64,000 nucleotides of DNA. Origin: Macrostomum lignano. Its lineage: Eukaryota. A program made the position numbers and the translations under genes. Each line of letters starts with the position of its first letter. Position 1 is the stretch's first letter. Under the pieces are notes generated by a model, which saw nothing but the letters and a program-made list of their open reading frames with translations, was not told the origin of the DNA and made no database searches. Positions 62,701 to 64,000 of this stretch are shown in pieces. The stretch is taken from assembly GCA_002269645.1 (NCBI GenBank), contig NIVC01004016.1, positions 291 through 64,290 on the forward strand. The letters run 5' to 3'.

Positions 62701-64000
62701 AATTCCATGATTCACCGTTAGCGGGACACCTAGGTCGAGATAAAACTTATCAGAGAATTAAAATTCGATTTTGGAGGCCAGGATTAGCAACAGCAGTTGA
62801 ACGCTACGTAGCCAAATGTAAATCATGCCTAGAAAGCAAAACTAGAAGAAGAATTAAGGCACCAATTCAGAACTATCCTGTAGTCGAACCGTTCGGTAGA
62901 TTGCACATAGATCTAATAGGACCTATTGGCCAAACTAGCAAATCAGGAAACAAATATGTACTTTCAGTCATAGACAGCACTAGCAAATTTCCATTCGCAT
63001 TCGCAATTAGGAATCAGAAGGCTAAAACAGTTATCAAAATTCTACAAGAACGAGTTTTCGCTGATTTTGGGATTCCACAATGGATTCACACAGACCAGGG
63101 AACACAGTTCACTGGTAGGGCCTTTAAGAAATTTTTAGACCTCTATGGCATTAGACACACTCGAACAACTAGTTATCATCCGCAGAGCAATGGCTTAGTA
63201 GAAAACCTTAATAAGCAGATTAAATCAATTCTCACCTGTTTACTGGAGAAGGAGCATTCCAACTGGGACGTTCTGTTGCCAGGTTGCATAACAGCTCTGA
63301 GAACCAGCACGCACACTGCCACAGGATTTAGTCCGCACTATTTAGTCTTTGGACGAGAGGCCAGAATGCCCTGTGACAATGAGCTGAACGAGCCAAAGCA
63401 GTTTCAGGACCTGCCATCTTATGTCCAGGAACATCAGCAGAATCTGCAGGAAGGCCAAGAACTAGCAAGAAAGAGATTAAAATTAGTGCAGCAAAACCGT
63501 GAGCAGGAGTACTCTAATAAGCCTAAGCCGAAAACATTGCCTGTAGGAAGCTTAGTATTTATCAATAATCCAGTAATTGCTAACACAGAAGCTAACAAAT
63601 TTCACAGAAAACAAAGGGCAGTTTACGAAATTGTAGAACAATTATCAGAAGTAGTCTTTAAGATTAGACCAGTTACCAAAAATAAGAAGGCTAGAAAGGA
63701 AGAACTTATTATGCATAGGGATAATTTAATGAAAGTACCGCAAGCAGATTATCCGGAAGAAGAAGCGAGTACTAAGCCAAAAGAGCAGAGGAAACAATAC
63801 AATAGGGAACAGCTAGCCAATAGCCAGCCGAATGTGTACAATGACTCAGAAAGTGAAGACGAGTACGAAGACGCAGTGCAGTTTATGCCAGTGCAGCATC
63901 AAAATAATGAGCAGTTTATGCCAGTACAGCATCAAAATAATGAGCAGTTTATGCCAGTACAGCATCAAAATAATGAGCAGTTTATGCCAGTGCAAAATCA
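59673..64000 (+). CDS. pol: Retrotransposon Pol polyprotein (3'-partial, no stop within the window)
   Basis: Manual translation is open from 59535 to 64000. PR LDTG (60000-60011), RT DYRALN and YLDD (61335-61346), RNase H LDTDAS / ELLAI / RTDH, IN HDSPLAGH...CKSC plus IDLIGP, TDQGTQF and NGLVE. Confidence 0.95.
63878..64000 (+). repeat. 33-bp in-frame tandem repeat (QFMPVQHQNNE)n at the Pol C-terminus
   Basis: GCAGTTTATGCCAGTRCAGCATCAAAATAATGA x3 plus a partial fourth copy. Confidence 0.95.

Larger units (their letters stand above)
57645..64000 (+). mobile_element. Ty3/Gypsy LTR retrotransposon, 3' part beyond the window
   Basis: gag with CCHC knuckle; pol order PR-RT-RNase H-IN; tRNA-Leu-type PBS motifs upstream. 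The 5' boundary is approximate. Confidence 0.95.

Overview
Eukaryotic (animal) genomic scaffold, not prokaryotic; no CRISPR, rRNA or intact tRNA gene is supported. GC-rich Ala/Gln-rich exons in repeat-dense AT-rich DNA suggest an invertebrate such as a Macrostomum-type flatworm (inference only). Over half the window (about 2083-35956) is one nearly invariant 42-bp tandem array (two 21-bp subunits, about 800 copies). It sits inside a short element with imperfect terminal inverted repeats (1971 and 36063) and a putative AT target duplication, so it looks like a MITE whose internal repeat expanded into a 34-kb satellite. The giant MSIYGAKRNACGAK ORFs are by-products of this repeat. After a 692-N gap come several minisatellites, a complete two-exon SLC25A38-like mitochondrial glycine carrier (minus strand, 305 aa), an orphan terminal exon ending in an NLS-like motif, an intronless CD20/MS4A-like gene and small decayed DNA transposons. 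The window ends in an apparently intact Ty3/Gypsy retrotransposon: gag, a G GGA AAC -1 frameshift signal, and a PR-RT-RH-IN pol frame that stays open to the window end and is missing from the supplied ORF track.
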